A DNA stretch of 64,000 nt, from contig OZ024740.1 in the NCBI GenBank assembly GCA_964016885.1, positions 99,448,001 to 99,512,000 on the forward strand, read 5' to 3'. The notes beneath the pieces were generated by a model. The model worked only from the letters and a program-made list of their open reading frames with translations, did not search any database and was not told where the DNA came from. Both the position numbers and the translations under genes were made by a program. Positions 24,490 through 36,558 of the stretch are shown one piece after another (position 1 is the first letter of the stretch; each line of letters starts with the position of its first letter). The DNA comes from Eledone cirrhosa (lineage: Eukaryota).

Positions 24490-26010
24490 GTAGAAGTAGT
24501 TCCACAACAGTTAATTCCCCATTTCCGAGAATAATGGTTTCACCTTAGTCGAAACATCAGCGTGGATTAAATGAGATTGTACGGAAAAGGACAGACAATC
24601 GTTCGAATTTCCATTGAATGGAGTAATCCATGCCTGTGTGCTTGAGGGACGGTTTTCATCACCCACCACCGATCTAACATGGGTTACATCTCCTTTGGGA
24701 AATGACTTCGTCTACACATAGGTATTCATGCAATTGTTTTTCCTTTTCCGTACAATTTCATTTATACCACACATTATCCAACTAAGGTGAAACAATTGTT
24801 CTCGGAAATGGCGAATTAACTGTTGCAAAACTACTTCTATATATGTATAATACAACTGGTTTTTCCACATTATACATATTGTTAGCACCCCAAACACTTA
24901 AATTGGGTTTATATTTTAAAATATAACCTAATGTTTGTTGAGTGAGATGGTTACCAGTCAGAGTTTAGCTTTAAACTATCTCTGTTGTTGTATTAAATAT
25001 TTACTCTTGAATGGTCAGAGGTGTTCATTTCCAGGTACCTTATGAATTTGACTTGCCGTATTTATTACTGTTCTGAAATATTGTGGCTTTTTTTGGTTGT
25101 AACTTCTCTGTTTTTTAGCCTAGGAATATATATATATATATATGCCTACGTATATAATTACATGCATATATGTGTTTATTTTCTTTTATTAATTGAGTTC
25201 TTTACACGAGGAATTAATATTGGTTTTGAAATAACTAATTAACCCGCGTGTGTTTTATATTTTACTCTTAATAATTCGGCCGGAGAATTATATTCCCATT
25301 TGCCCTTTATAGCATAACTTTCTGCATTTACTGCGGTTATGAGAAGCGGTTCTTATTCGGGTACAACTTCTGATTTAGCCTAAGAAAAAATCTATATGCG
25401 TGTGTAATTTATACAAGCATATATTTATTTTTTTATTTTCAATTGAGTTCTTAAACACGTTGGATTGATAATGTTTTCAAAAAAACTAATTAACCCGCGT
25501 GTATATTATTTTTTTTTCCTCATTTCGTGGGTTGTCTCCCCTTCCCGCTTCGTGTCGCTATGATACTTCCTCAGTCAAAAACTGCTGGAATTTCAAATTT
25601 GGCGGTCATTCGAGGTGAGAGAGACCAACTTTACGGACATGATTTTTGACAGCGGTAAGAAATTGTTTTCTTATATCAATGTTTAATGGGCTTCCACTGA
25701 TGATTTATAAGTGCCCACCTAAATATATTCTTACATGAATATATATTAGGCTTCTACATAAACTGGAAACATTCTCCCAAACTTGTAGAAAACTCATAAT
25801 GAAACAATTGTTTGGAAAGAGAGATATACTTTAACTTTAATTATATCACATAAAATAATACAACTGGTTTTTCCACATTATACATATTGTTAGCACCCCA
25901 AACACTTAAATTGGGTCTATATTTTAATATAACCTAATGTTTGTTGAGTGAGATGGTTACCAGTCAGAGTTTAGCTTTAAACTATCTCTGTTATTGTATT
26001 AAATATATAT
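24490..26010 (+). mobile_element. Non-coding HHR-bearing element with an inverted head and direct repeats (Penelope pLTR or retrozyme-like)
   Basis: Inverted repeat ~24490-24605 vs ~24728-24840; direct repeat of about 155 bp at ~24847-25000 and ~25856-26005; HHR just upstream of the second repeat. Confidence 0.6.
25692..25817 (+). ncRNA. Type I hammerhead ribozyme with branched stem II
   Basis: TTCCA-CTGATGA-tTTATaAGT...[two hairpins]...ACTcATAAt-GAAA-CAATTG-TT-TGGAA. Stem I TTCCA/TGGAA, GUU triplet. Confidence 0.72.
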
Positions 26011-26148
26011 ATATATATCATCATTATCATCATAATTTTACATCCGCTTTTCCCTGCTTGCAAGGGTTGGAAATGGCGAATTAACTATTGTGAAACTACT
26101 TCTATATATATATATATAATAAATGTAATCTGAGTTTTTCGAATATTA

Positions 26149-26342
26149 ATAATTGTTTCTACTTTTGGCACAAGGCTAGCAATTATCCCAGAGCATTACT
26201 GGTACTTTATTTTATCGACCCGTAAGGATGAAAGGCAAAGTTAACCTCGGCGGGATTTGAACTCAGAACGTAAAGGGCCATAACTATATGCTGTAAAGCA
26301 TGGTGTCTGACGCTCTACCGATACTGCTAATTCACCGCCCCT
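26149..26342 (-). mobile_element. SINE family A inserted in the left arm
   Basis: Full-length copy with TSD AATATTAATAA at 26142-26152 and 26343-26353. Confidence 0.92.
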
Positions 26343-26453
26343 AATATTAATAATAACATTCGATTTGTTTGCAATTTTGCAAACAAGCCTCAATTTTATA
26401 GCTATGTCAGTAGAATGAACACTTCATTTTGCTCTTGTGTTGGCATGTAAACA

Positions 26454-26503
26454 GAACTGCAGACACTAATGTTTCTGGGTATCACCCTTCATCAGTACAG
26501 CTC
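26454..26503 (-). ncRNA. Compact type I hammerhead ribozyme (intact core)
   Basis: Minus strand: GAGCTGTA-CTGATGA-aGGGT gat ACCCa-GAAA-CATTAGTG-TC-TGCAGTTC. 8-bp stem I (two G-U pairs), 4-bp stem II, short stem III, GUC triplet. Confidence 0.85.
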
Positions 26504-26832
26504 ACTGTTCACCTGCCACACTGTCAGAGCTAGTGAAAATATATGCTATTTTCAAAACTACACAGTGACTGATCGGCCTGATTTGTATGTTAGATGACTG
26601 GCTTATCAGTCAGGTCTGCATATTAGCAGACTGGCTTGTTTGCAAAATTGCAAACAAATCGAATGTTATTATTAATATTCGAAAAACTCAGATTACATTT
26701 ATTGTATTCAGCCATGTAGAACGAAATTTTCTTTTATATATATATATATATTTATTAAAATAACAGATTATATACTTATCGAGCCCTCTTTGGATTTTAG
26801 TTTTCAAATTTATTATTATTACTATATATATT

Positions 26833-26869
<37 letters not shown>

Positions 26870-26870
26870 A

Positions 26871-27008
26871 CATCATCGTTTTACATCCATTCTTCCATGC
26901 TAGCACGGGTTAGACGGGTTGTCCTGTTGTGGATAGTGCCAGGTCAGGTGACCTTGTCTTGCTCATACGGGAACTGATTTGGCTTGATTTCTACAGCTGG
27001 ATGCCCAC
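26871..27008 (-). mobile_element. RTE LINE 3' terminal fragment
   Basis: Matches 23388-23525. Confidence 0.8.
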
Positions 27009-27524
27009 ATAAATATATGTGTGTGTGTGTGATAGATAGCTCTGATTAAATGATTATTTTTAATTCTTTCAATCAGTGAGCAAAACAGGTCAAGGCAGGT
27101 CACCATAAACACATATATTTATACTTATCTATCTGTGTGTGTGTATTATTACTACTTTGTTCCATTTCCCTTATGGTCAAGTAAATTAGGTGGATCCTAG
27201 CCGCTTTCTTCTAGAAATGTATTACTCAACAAACGTCCAGCCTTTACCCATCTTCCGTGACCACTATACCATTTTATAACTTATCTCTCCTGAGAATTAT
27301 TAACTTGTAATGGTCAGTTCATGAAGTAGTCCATTCATTTGAGTGGTTTCTTGAAAATCTGGCAGCCTACAGCCCTGGTTCACTTTTTTGGTGCACCACT
27401 GCTACAAACTGGTCAGTGAAACTGCAGTTGGGACTTTAGAGAAAAAATAGGTATATTTTGTCTATTCTTTCCTCACATTTAAAATTTGATATATATATAT
27501 ATCTAAAAAAAAGTCTAAAGTCTG

Positions 27525-27793
27525 TCTTAAGCCAGAAGGCTCATTTGGCCGGTGCTTATCCCAGTTTCATCGCGTGAAGCGACTAAGAGTACAAGACTCC
27601 CCCCTGAACAGGATGCCAGTCAATCGCAGAGTTAAACCTCCAGCTATTGCTGGTACTCATTTCCAGCTGAGTATACTGGAGCAACGTGAAATGAAGTGTT
27701 TTGCTCAAGAAAACAACACGCAACCCAGGAATCGAGCCCACGACATTATGATCGTAAGTCCTACACTCTTACCACTAGGCCACGTGCCTCCAC
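27525..27793 (-). mobile_element. tRNA-derived SINE, family B
   Basis: Minus strand GGAGGCACGTGGCCTAGTGGTAAGAGTG (A box), GGCTCGATTCC (B box), core GAGCAAAACACTTCATTTCACGTTGCTCCAG. Confidence 0.8.
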
Positions 27794-28116
27794 TATATAT
27801 TATATATATAATATATATATATATATAATATATATATATATAGGTGTGCATGTATGTGTGTGTGGTGTGTGTTTCTGCTGCCTAAATAGAGAAATATCTG
27901 CATTGAATTTAAATTGCATACAATATGAGCTGGTATTTAAATAATATATTAATAAAGTCATTTCACTTCAACATTAACTAATTGGCATTCAACTTGTCTA
28001 TTAGGTCATCTAGACCTTGCAGATGTGTCAGGAGCAATTGTGGTCATCAATGAATATATGTAAAAGCATAAATTAAATCATGACAAGCGAAAATTATAAT
28101 GCTATATTATTTTTAC

Positions 28117-28303
28117 GGTGGATTGGCAGTGATGGTAGTGGGTCAGACGCCATGCTTTCCAGCATAGTTACGTCCCTTTACGATCTGAGTTCAAATCCCG
28201 TCGAGGTTGACTTTGCCTTTCATCCTTACGGGGTTGATAAAATAAAGTACCAGTAATGCACTGGTTAATTTGCTGGCCTTGTGCCTAAAGTAGAAACAAT
28301 TAT
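28117..28303 (+). mobile_element. SINE family A
   Basis: GGTGGATTGGCAGT...GAGTTCAAATCCC...AGAAACAATTATT. Confidence 0.9.
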
Positions 28304-29746
28304 TTTTACCTTTATCTTAAGACAAATGTGTCACAATAAACTAGTTTAATCAAGTTATGCCAAGCAGTTCTCAGTCTCTCTCTCTCTAAATATATATATA
28401 TTGTATGTACATGTGCAAAGTGTGGGTCTCTCGCTTGCTCTCTCTCTCTATATATATATGTATGTATTTATATATTTATCGAGCCCTCTTTGGATTTTAG
28501 TCTTCAAATTTATTAGTATTACTATTATTATTATTATTATTATTATATACATATATATATATACCTTGTAGTGATAATTTCTATCTAACGTCCATTTTTC
28601 ATGTTTACATGGATAAGAGAGAGGTTTTCCCAGTGAAGCAATGATCACTGAAGCATGGTTAATTTTATGGTTCAGGCATCCTATAGATCTTGACAAGCAA
28701 CTCAATGATGCGTTAACCGTAACTAAAGCTTAAGATATAAACAAATAAATGATAAATGAAATGTTTACCACTATTCATTTTGAAATTATTACTATGGATA
28801 TATATAGCGATATAACATTCCCACTAATTCCCCTATGGATAAATAATCGGTAGAAATAATGGGTAAATTATTGATAAATTTAAAGAAATAGCGTATCCCA
28901 TTAATAGTTTTCAACTGTGCGGGCAAAAGAGGAGTGAAGTGGCAGAATTGATTGAGCTTTTGAGTAAATGCATTGAAATATTAATTTTTAGCTTTCTTTC
29001 TCTTTCTCTCCATCCCCTCTCTCTCTATATATATACACACACACATTGAAGTCCAAATTCCATCACTGTTGACTTTATCTTTCATCTTAAGGGTCAATAA
29101 AGTAAGTAGTAGAGATATAAGGAAATCTATTCAATAGTTTATATCTTTTAAAAGGAAATTGGGATTTTACCTTTGAAAGAATTATTATTAATATAATTTT
29201 ACTTTGCTTTCCATATCTATCCATGAAGGAATAAAACTTATTTTCTTTTTCTTTGTGTTATTCCTTTTATGGAAAAAGACAAAGCGTGATAACATGGATA
29301 AGTAGAGAAGAGAGAAAAAAAATGACAGAGTAGCGGGAGAAAGCATGGGGAAAGAGAAAATAAATATGTATGGGGTGGTAAGTAGTATTACAAATAGATA
29401 GTATTAAAGAGCTAGCACTGTTTACAAACCAATAAGTAGCAGCACATCATCAAAGCCTCATGTTTTGTCTGGGATTTGGACTCTGCTGTAGTATAGGCAC
29501 AGAGATGTTGTTTCAAAGCTTTCTTCAAAACCCCATTGTCTTAGGTCCTGCATAGAACTTAATGTATTTTCATCTATAGTTTGGGGAAACCAATGCCTTG
29601 AAATGAATTTGGTAGACAGGAACTGTATGAAGCCCATATATATATAGAGAGAGAGTGTGTATTTGCATGTGTGTGTACATATGCCAGTCACTGCATGTAT
29701 CATATCAATACCATTTATAAAGCCTGCACTGTCAGTTATTAATATT

Positions 29747-30704
29747 GATTTCTTTATTAGCCACAAGGGCGCAACAAGAAAGGGGACAATACAAAGACAT
29801 GCCGGGGATTTTACATACAGTCGTGTAAAAAATATAAAAACAAACAATTTCAACAATCGAAATCCCCAATAGGGGGGAGGCGCCACAAATGGGTTGTTTA
29901 ATACCCCGTCGATAGAACAACCCTCAACTCAAGGAGCGTGTTGTGCAAGTGCTCCTTTCTTCCTTTTGCTCTCTTCCTCAACCTACAGGCTTATAAACAG
30001 AGAAGGCCCAATCACTCGGGCCATTTTCGCTTCATTCACCCACCTTTCAGTAAATTTACTGGGGTGCAGTGCCTCTCTCTCCACCCTGATTCTCCTTCTA
30101 AAGTAATACTTAAAGAATGGAATCAATTGTTGTCCGGAGAGAAAGGCATCTGTCCTCAGTCCTCTCAACCTCGTCCACCATATAACTTCTTTCACCATAG
30201 CCACCGTACAGAGGAAAACCGCCTCTCTTTCGTTTTTGAAAGAGTCTGGCGGTTTGATCCTTACTATGGATTCGGCAGTCAACTGTATTTGTCCCATACG
30301 CGACAGCAGTTGTTCTGCATAGTTCCACAGGTCGCTTACGCCCGGGCAGTGTACAATTGCGTGCAGAACTGTTTCAATGTCCTGCGCACATCTTCGACAC
30401 GTCCTCTTGGAAGGATCCCTGCCAGGGCGTCCGTGCCTGTAGATCTTGTCACGAACCGGTAGAGCTCCTCGGTAGCACTGCCAGGCCAGGGACCTCTGGA
30501 AGTTGTCCATAGGTCCCGGGCGGAAAGTCCTACCAAACATACTGGTGAGCTCATCGTCTTCGACGCCCAGAGTCTCTCCGAGCACGTCGTCGCCCTTGTA
30601 ACGTACAATCCCTCTATAGAATGTCGAAGTGGAGTATCCACTGATTGCTGCGCCCGCTTGCCAGAGGACTGTGAGCGCCTGAGCGCATTCAATGTGCCAG
30701 GCGC
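29747..30704 (-). mobile_element. L1/Tx1-like LINE, 5'-truncated
   Basis: zf-RVT-type C-terminus (CRRCAQDIETVLHAIVHC), AATAAA near the 3' end, and a perfect 14-bp TSD CAGTTATTAATATT at 29733-29746 and 30705-30718. Confidence 0.88.
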
Positions 30705-30864
30705 CAGTTATTAATATTACCCATTAACAATATGGTCATTAGTGTAGTAGTTTAAGAAAATTCTAGTGGTATACACTATGCTTAGGTGAAGGCGTGGGTT
30801 GATGTCCGGAAGAGCATTCCACCATACAAAACCTGCCAGATATTGATTTCATCAACACATGCCA

Positions 30865-31020
30865 TGGAGGCACATGGCTTAGTGGTTAGAGCATTGGCCT
30901 TGCAATCGAAAGGTTGTGAGTTCAATTCTCAGACCGGGTGATGTGTTGTTTCCTTGAGCAAGACACTTTATTTCACATTGCTCCAGTTTACTCAGCTGTA
31001 GAAATGGGATGATAAGACTG
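30865..31020 (+). mobile_element. SINE family B
   Basis: GGAGGCACATGGCTTAGTGGTTAGAGC...GAGTTCAATTC...GAGCAAGACACTTTATTTCACATTGCTCCAG. Confidence 0.8.
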
Positions 31021-31049
31021 GGGTCCATATCATTCCACTGCAAAGTGGT

Positions 31050-31205
31050 CGTGGAGGTGCCACGGCAAAAAAGCACCCAGCACTCACTGTAAATGAGGTT
31101 GGTGTTAGGAAGGGCATCCAGCTGTAGAAATCAAGCCAGAATCAGTTCCCATCCCACTCTTGCAAGCAGGGAAAAAGCGGACGTAAAGTGAAATGATGAT
31201 GATGA
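31050..31205 (+). mobile_element. RTE LINE 3' UTR fragment
   Basis: Reverse complement of 23490-23540 (TTAGGAAGGGCATCCAGCTGTAGAAATCAAGCC); ends in (GAT)n. Confidence 0.75.
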
Positions 31206-34200
31206 AATGAAAATGATGCCGTATTGAAAAAATGTATGTAAACAATATGATGGCACTGAACTTATGATAATTTCATGCGATTAAATTGTTTTCACACCTT
31301 TAATTGTAACTTTAATTTATCATTCATCCTCAAAATTATGAAAGGTGAACTTGATCTTGATTGGATTTGAACTTATAATATAGGGCTGCTAGAAATACAG
31401 ACACTTATGCAACTCTGCCAATATACCCCACCCGCAATGAAGTATTGAATAAATAGAAATACATGGTTGATTCACTTGATTTCAACTCCAAGATATGCTT
31501 TGGTGCCAAGGAAAAAAGATATGAGAATTTTTTCAATGTGGTCAATCAGCCTGCTGAAAATAGCAGCCAATTCTCTATTAATTCAGACCATATACTCTTA
31601 ACAAAGAAGAAGAACAAATTGAATAATGTAGTTCACACCAGGGTTACCAGACAGTTTGAGATGTTTCTGGTCAAAACCACGCAAACAATGGCCAGATGCC
31701 AAAATTGTTAATAAGATATTACGATACTGTAGTACACATAAAAAATAAGAATTTATCAAAAATAGTATTGCAACCAAGTGAACTTATCTGAATCAATTCG
31801 CTATTTTGAATTCTTAAAGAAACATCATTATGCCTTCCCCTTCTTCATACATCATAGGTGGTAATGTATGCTTTGCTGTTTCTGCCTCTGCAGAAGATGT
31901 CCGACTTGAAATTATTCAACATTCTAGCAGTGATATGCAAATATTTACACAAGATTGAATTATCCATGATACATGCCTGGATTCTAATGATAACATCTAA
32001 AGTATTATGTTACATTCTGTCTTGGCTTTGTTTTAACTATAGTTACAAGTTAAAGTATTCTCTCAGCAGTATAATCATTTGCCATCAGTTACCAAACACT
32101 GAAAATTCATATATTGTCAATTGTTTTGTGATATATTCTAAACCAAAGTATTAATGTTTTCTTTGGAATTGCATTATTTTCGAAATAATTTTCTTGTCTC
32201 CAATCTTCCACAGTAGTTTTCTTTCTGTTCAATTTTGTCGATTTTTTCAACTAAAGTGATATATTAAATATTACAAGAGGATTAAACAATGAACTATTTT
32301 GAACACATTATTTACATCATATAATCTGGAATTCAATTTGTCTATAGCTTCAATAATGAATTTCAATCATATTTTGACAGTGAGAACTTTCTTCTCTGGC
32401 ATGCCAATTTTCTTTGTATCCAATTAGATGATTATGAACCAGTATATATTTGGCTCCAAAAATCAATGTTTTCAATAACATTTTCACAGTTATCAATATT
32501 ATAAATTCTATTCTGTAGCATGATTTTTACCAAGTGTAGCTAAATCTTTACATGGTCCGTAAAGACCAATGTAAGAGGACTGAAACATTGCAGTCATAAA
32601 TACAAATATTATACTATGGTTATATATAACAAACACAAAATACAGATAGTTTATTTTATCATAGAACATTTTCTGTTCAAATATAATTTTTTATAGCTGT
32701 GAAAAAACTTTTAGGTTTTGCCAGTGTAATGATGGGGTAGAGGGCCAACTCAGATGGCACATACTTTATACATTTACTTCTAACAATCAATCTAATTTTA
32801 AAAAAATTCTAAAAGGTGTTATTGCTTGATTTAAAGGAGATGTAATGTTTTGAATACAGATTTGTATTCTTATGCAAGGCACTATTAGGAAGCCAGAGTC
32901 AAATATGAATCACAAACCAAGATATGAGAGAAGTTGTTCAAATGTATACTGAATAGACATAGTCAACATTCTACTCTTGTCATCTCATCCTATCTTAAAT
33001 GTGGTGCCATTACTTACAAAGCCAAATCAATTTTCTAGATGTATACCATGTTCAATTAACTTATTCACAATATATCAATAAGAGACCTGCAGTGGATGAA
33101 ACAGACATTATGCCTGCAGAAGAAAAATTGGAATGGTTCTGATATCTTCACATTATACACATGTGCTACCTAATTGCAATAGGTATTCAACAATAGGTAG
33201 CACAGACTATTTCTATTGAAGACATGTTTTCATATTTACTTCTAGAGCTGAACTATGTTTCTAATTACCTGGAAACACTTATTAAAAGGAACTTTCCTAA
33301 TAATAAAAATGTACACTTACCTCACGATATTCAATAACCATTCAAATGAGTGATAGCTATCACTGAACAATGACAAAATAGGATGGTCAAAACGGGAACG
33401 TCCTTAATGTTATAGCATTGCCAGATTAGAGTTAACCTCAAGCTAAACAAGAACAACATCATGGGTGTTTTAGCTGATAGAAATAGTATTCAAATATAAT
33501 TTCAATTATATCCATCATCTTAAAAAGATTGGCCTCATTAGATAATATAGACATAGATACACCAGAAAAAATATTGGAGGGTCATGGCTGGAATGATCTG
33601 CTCAATAAGAATTAGCCTTCATCTCAATCTGAACAACATACTGTGGATCATGCTTTCAAACTAGTTATATTTTATTCAGCTTCAGTATTTTCTGTCTCAC
33701 TGCTACTTATTAAATATTTTAGAACAAGCCAGGAAATAATTTCTGATATGGAATGAACTGAGAGTCATTGTTCGTTTAAAGAGATGCTGTCTTTTCATTA
33801 TCTTTTCTAATGTTATTACAGAAGAATTACAAACTTCAAATAATGATAATATTCTCTAACATGTACAATGGTAGAAATTCAAGAGGGAATCAGTTGATTA
33901 TATCAACTCTTGTATTTGACATCTACTTTATTTTATGAAGCCCACATGGATCAAAGCAAATTTTAGCTTGTTAGTGGTTGAACTCAGAGCATAACGAACC
34001 AGAACAAATAACACAAAACATTTTCCTAATGTTGTAGCAAATCTGCCAATACATTCTGAGGTTGCAAAATTTCATAGTTTTTACTTACTACAATTTCTAT
34101 GGTCAAATGTCCCACAAAGATCAAGATATATCAGGCAAAATGATGTTGGCCCACAGCACAATAATTGATCATGTCTCGTCATTATATGAAAGGTTCAGGT

Positions 34201-34639
34201 AAAGTATCTCTGCTGATATCATGTGATTTAATTTCAAAACCCCATGCCCCCAAATGATTAGCATAAAGTTACTAGCCAACATACCCAAACCTCTGTCCAA
34301 CAAATTACAGTGTTCATGGCTTTTCAAAGTTGGTTGGTCTTATGCCACATCAAATCCTCCCAGTCTAAACTATTACCACTCACATAATAACCAGTCTACC
34401 TAACACTAAATTATACATTGTATCTTTTCTCCCTAGAAAATCAACCTTCTGGAATTCCTGTCATATTCAGAATGTTTGTGTTGTATTTTCTACAGCTATC
34501 AATGTGCATCTGTTTCCAGAAATATTAACTGCATCAAGCTCACTTTCAAAAGATCCTGATACAACTTCTTTGTGGCCACACTAAAAAGAAAGAAACAACT
34601 GTACTTTGATACAGCTTGGGACGAGTGATGTCACAACAC

Positions 34640-34780
34640 ATTTTTACAGCTGAGTGAACTGGTGCAAAGTGAAATTAAGTGTCTTGCTCAAGAACACAAC
34701 CAGCTGGTCTGGGAATCGAACTCACAGCCTCATGATTGTAAAGCCAATGCTCTAACCACTAAGCCACATGTCTTCACATC
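34640..34780 (-). mobile_element. SINE family B
   Basis: CAGCTGAGTGAACTGG...GTGTCTTGCTCAAGAACACAAC...CTCTAACCACTAAGCCACATG. Confidence 0.75.
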
Positions 34781-34899
34781 ATATGGACGGTGTACTCTCA
34801 TTGTTTTGTGGACAGATTGAAGCAATAACATATATTTCATGAAATTAAATTTTCAGAACCCACCATGTAATTTCCAGTTTTTGTCTACCTGTTTCTTCT

Positions 34900-36020
34900 A
34901 CAACTACAACGGTACGCGATGGGGCCCACCCACAGCCCCTGCTGACAGAATGGAGAAGACGTTTACTCAAAGGACGGCAAGGGAGACGCGCTGGAAAAGC
35001 CACTCCAACTCGCGTGGCTCACACCTGCGGCTGGCCAGCTCAACGCTTATGGTGGCGAGTAAGGAGGTAGCCCTGGGGTCGAGGACACCAGAAGTCTCCA
35101 CTGTCAGGAGTACAACCGCAAACCTGTCGGAGAGCGACCGGTAATTGAGGAGTTTGGCCCCCTCAGCCTGACGTGCAGCAGAACCTGGGTCAGTCGCAGA
35201 CTGCACCAGGTTGCGGCTGCAGAAAGTGACGGTGGAAGTGGCATCCCAGACGATGGGTTTGCCACCGCGGAACGGGAAGATGGTCATGACATCTGGCCCT
35301 TTGCCGTCCCCTCAATTAAGCCCCACCGGCTCGAACTGGGAAGGGCAGCCTGCAGCGTCCAAGCCATGCTTAATGACCTCGTTGAGGGCAGCAAGGCGTC
35401 GAATTCGACCGGCACTGTGACAACAGGAAAGCGGGTGGAGGCCGAAAGAGTCCATGGTGGAACCGCACGACATTGGTGTGGCTGGCAGATCCAGAGGCCG
35501 AGCCTCAGGGAAACACCGATGCGCAGGCTATGGTTGTCTAGCTGCGTGCCAGTGGAGAAGGAGGGCAGGGCATAGAGCCAGGCACCACTGAGGGGTTTGG
35601 AGGCCGCACGAAAACAAGCAAGGCGGTGCTGGTCGAGCTGGCACGTGAGCCTGTGTGAGGACAGGCTGCACTGGATGGCATCCCAAGTGCGTTGGGGGGG
35701 ACTTGACGTCAATGGGGGGAGAAGGAGGTGGGTCGTCTACTGGGCTAAGTCCCAGCCGGTTCCACTTCTCACAGGCGGCCTCACGTTCTCTGAACACAGA
35801 GGTTTCTGTTGTGTTTTGAATAACCCTGCTGATGAGAACGCGGCACGAAAGATACGCCGGCAAAGCTAGTGAGATCGAGGACCGGAAGCCAAGGGCGCCT
35901 TACCTGACAGATAAAGTGGCCTTTTGTCAAACCTGACGTTGCATATCTCCTCGGCTGCTGCTCGGATACAAGTATCGAGGTCAGTGAGGAGAGATGTCTG
36001 GGCGTAGCACGGAGCACTTG
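34900..36020 (-). mobile_element. RLE-type (CRE-like) non-LTR retrotransposon 3' fragment
   Basis: GC-rich island. [10 protein letters not shown]...[10 protein letters not shown]...C.PHQC; GKGPD.MTIFPF..GKPIVWDAT; VETSG; WLFQRVSLAVL. Confidence 0.82.
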
Positions 36021-36558
36021 TACAATTTTTTAAGTCGGTTGTTAATTTCCTAAATTTCTTGCATCCCTATATCTAGATAACATAATTCAACCCGTGAATT
36101 GTCAGAGGTATAAGGGTTCAGTTAAGTTAGAATATCTTGTGGTATTTATTCTAGCTCTCTGCACACTGCATTCAACTCCTTCCAAGGTCCACTTTGTTTT
36201 CATTCTTTCATAGTCTTTAAAATATAGTATCTGTCCTTAGTGTTAGATTGGTAGAATACCATCTGGTATCTGTACCATCACTTTGCATTCAAATTTAAAT
36301 TCTCTCTTGAAATTAAAATGCCACTAATGATATGAAATCGTCATTCATCTATGGACCACAACTGATTATGAAAGTGGAAAAGAGTATATTAGAATTGTGG
36401 CTACCTGCTACAGAAAATGAACGATGATGTTGATAATCAATTCAATATGCTGCAATCAAACCTTTGTTTGTTGTATTTGGAGATGTATTGAACAATGAGG
36501 TATAGATAATAAAAACTCATGTGCACAACCAACACCTGTCAATTGTTCCCCTAAATTT

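Larger units (their letters stand above)
26118..26703. mobile_element. Small non-coding element with about 71-bp perfect inverted arms and an internal HHR
   Basis: Left arm 26118-26152 plus 26354-26389 (split by a SINE) is the reverse complement of 26633-26703. Confidence 0.75.

Noticed and set aside
31780-32600. Possible Toll-like receptor TM/TIR remnant on the minus strand
   Set aside because: The resemblance is limited to a YDV tripeptide among many stops; not supportable.
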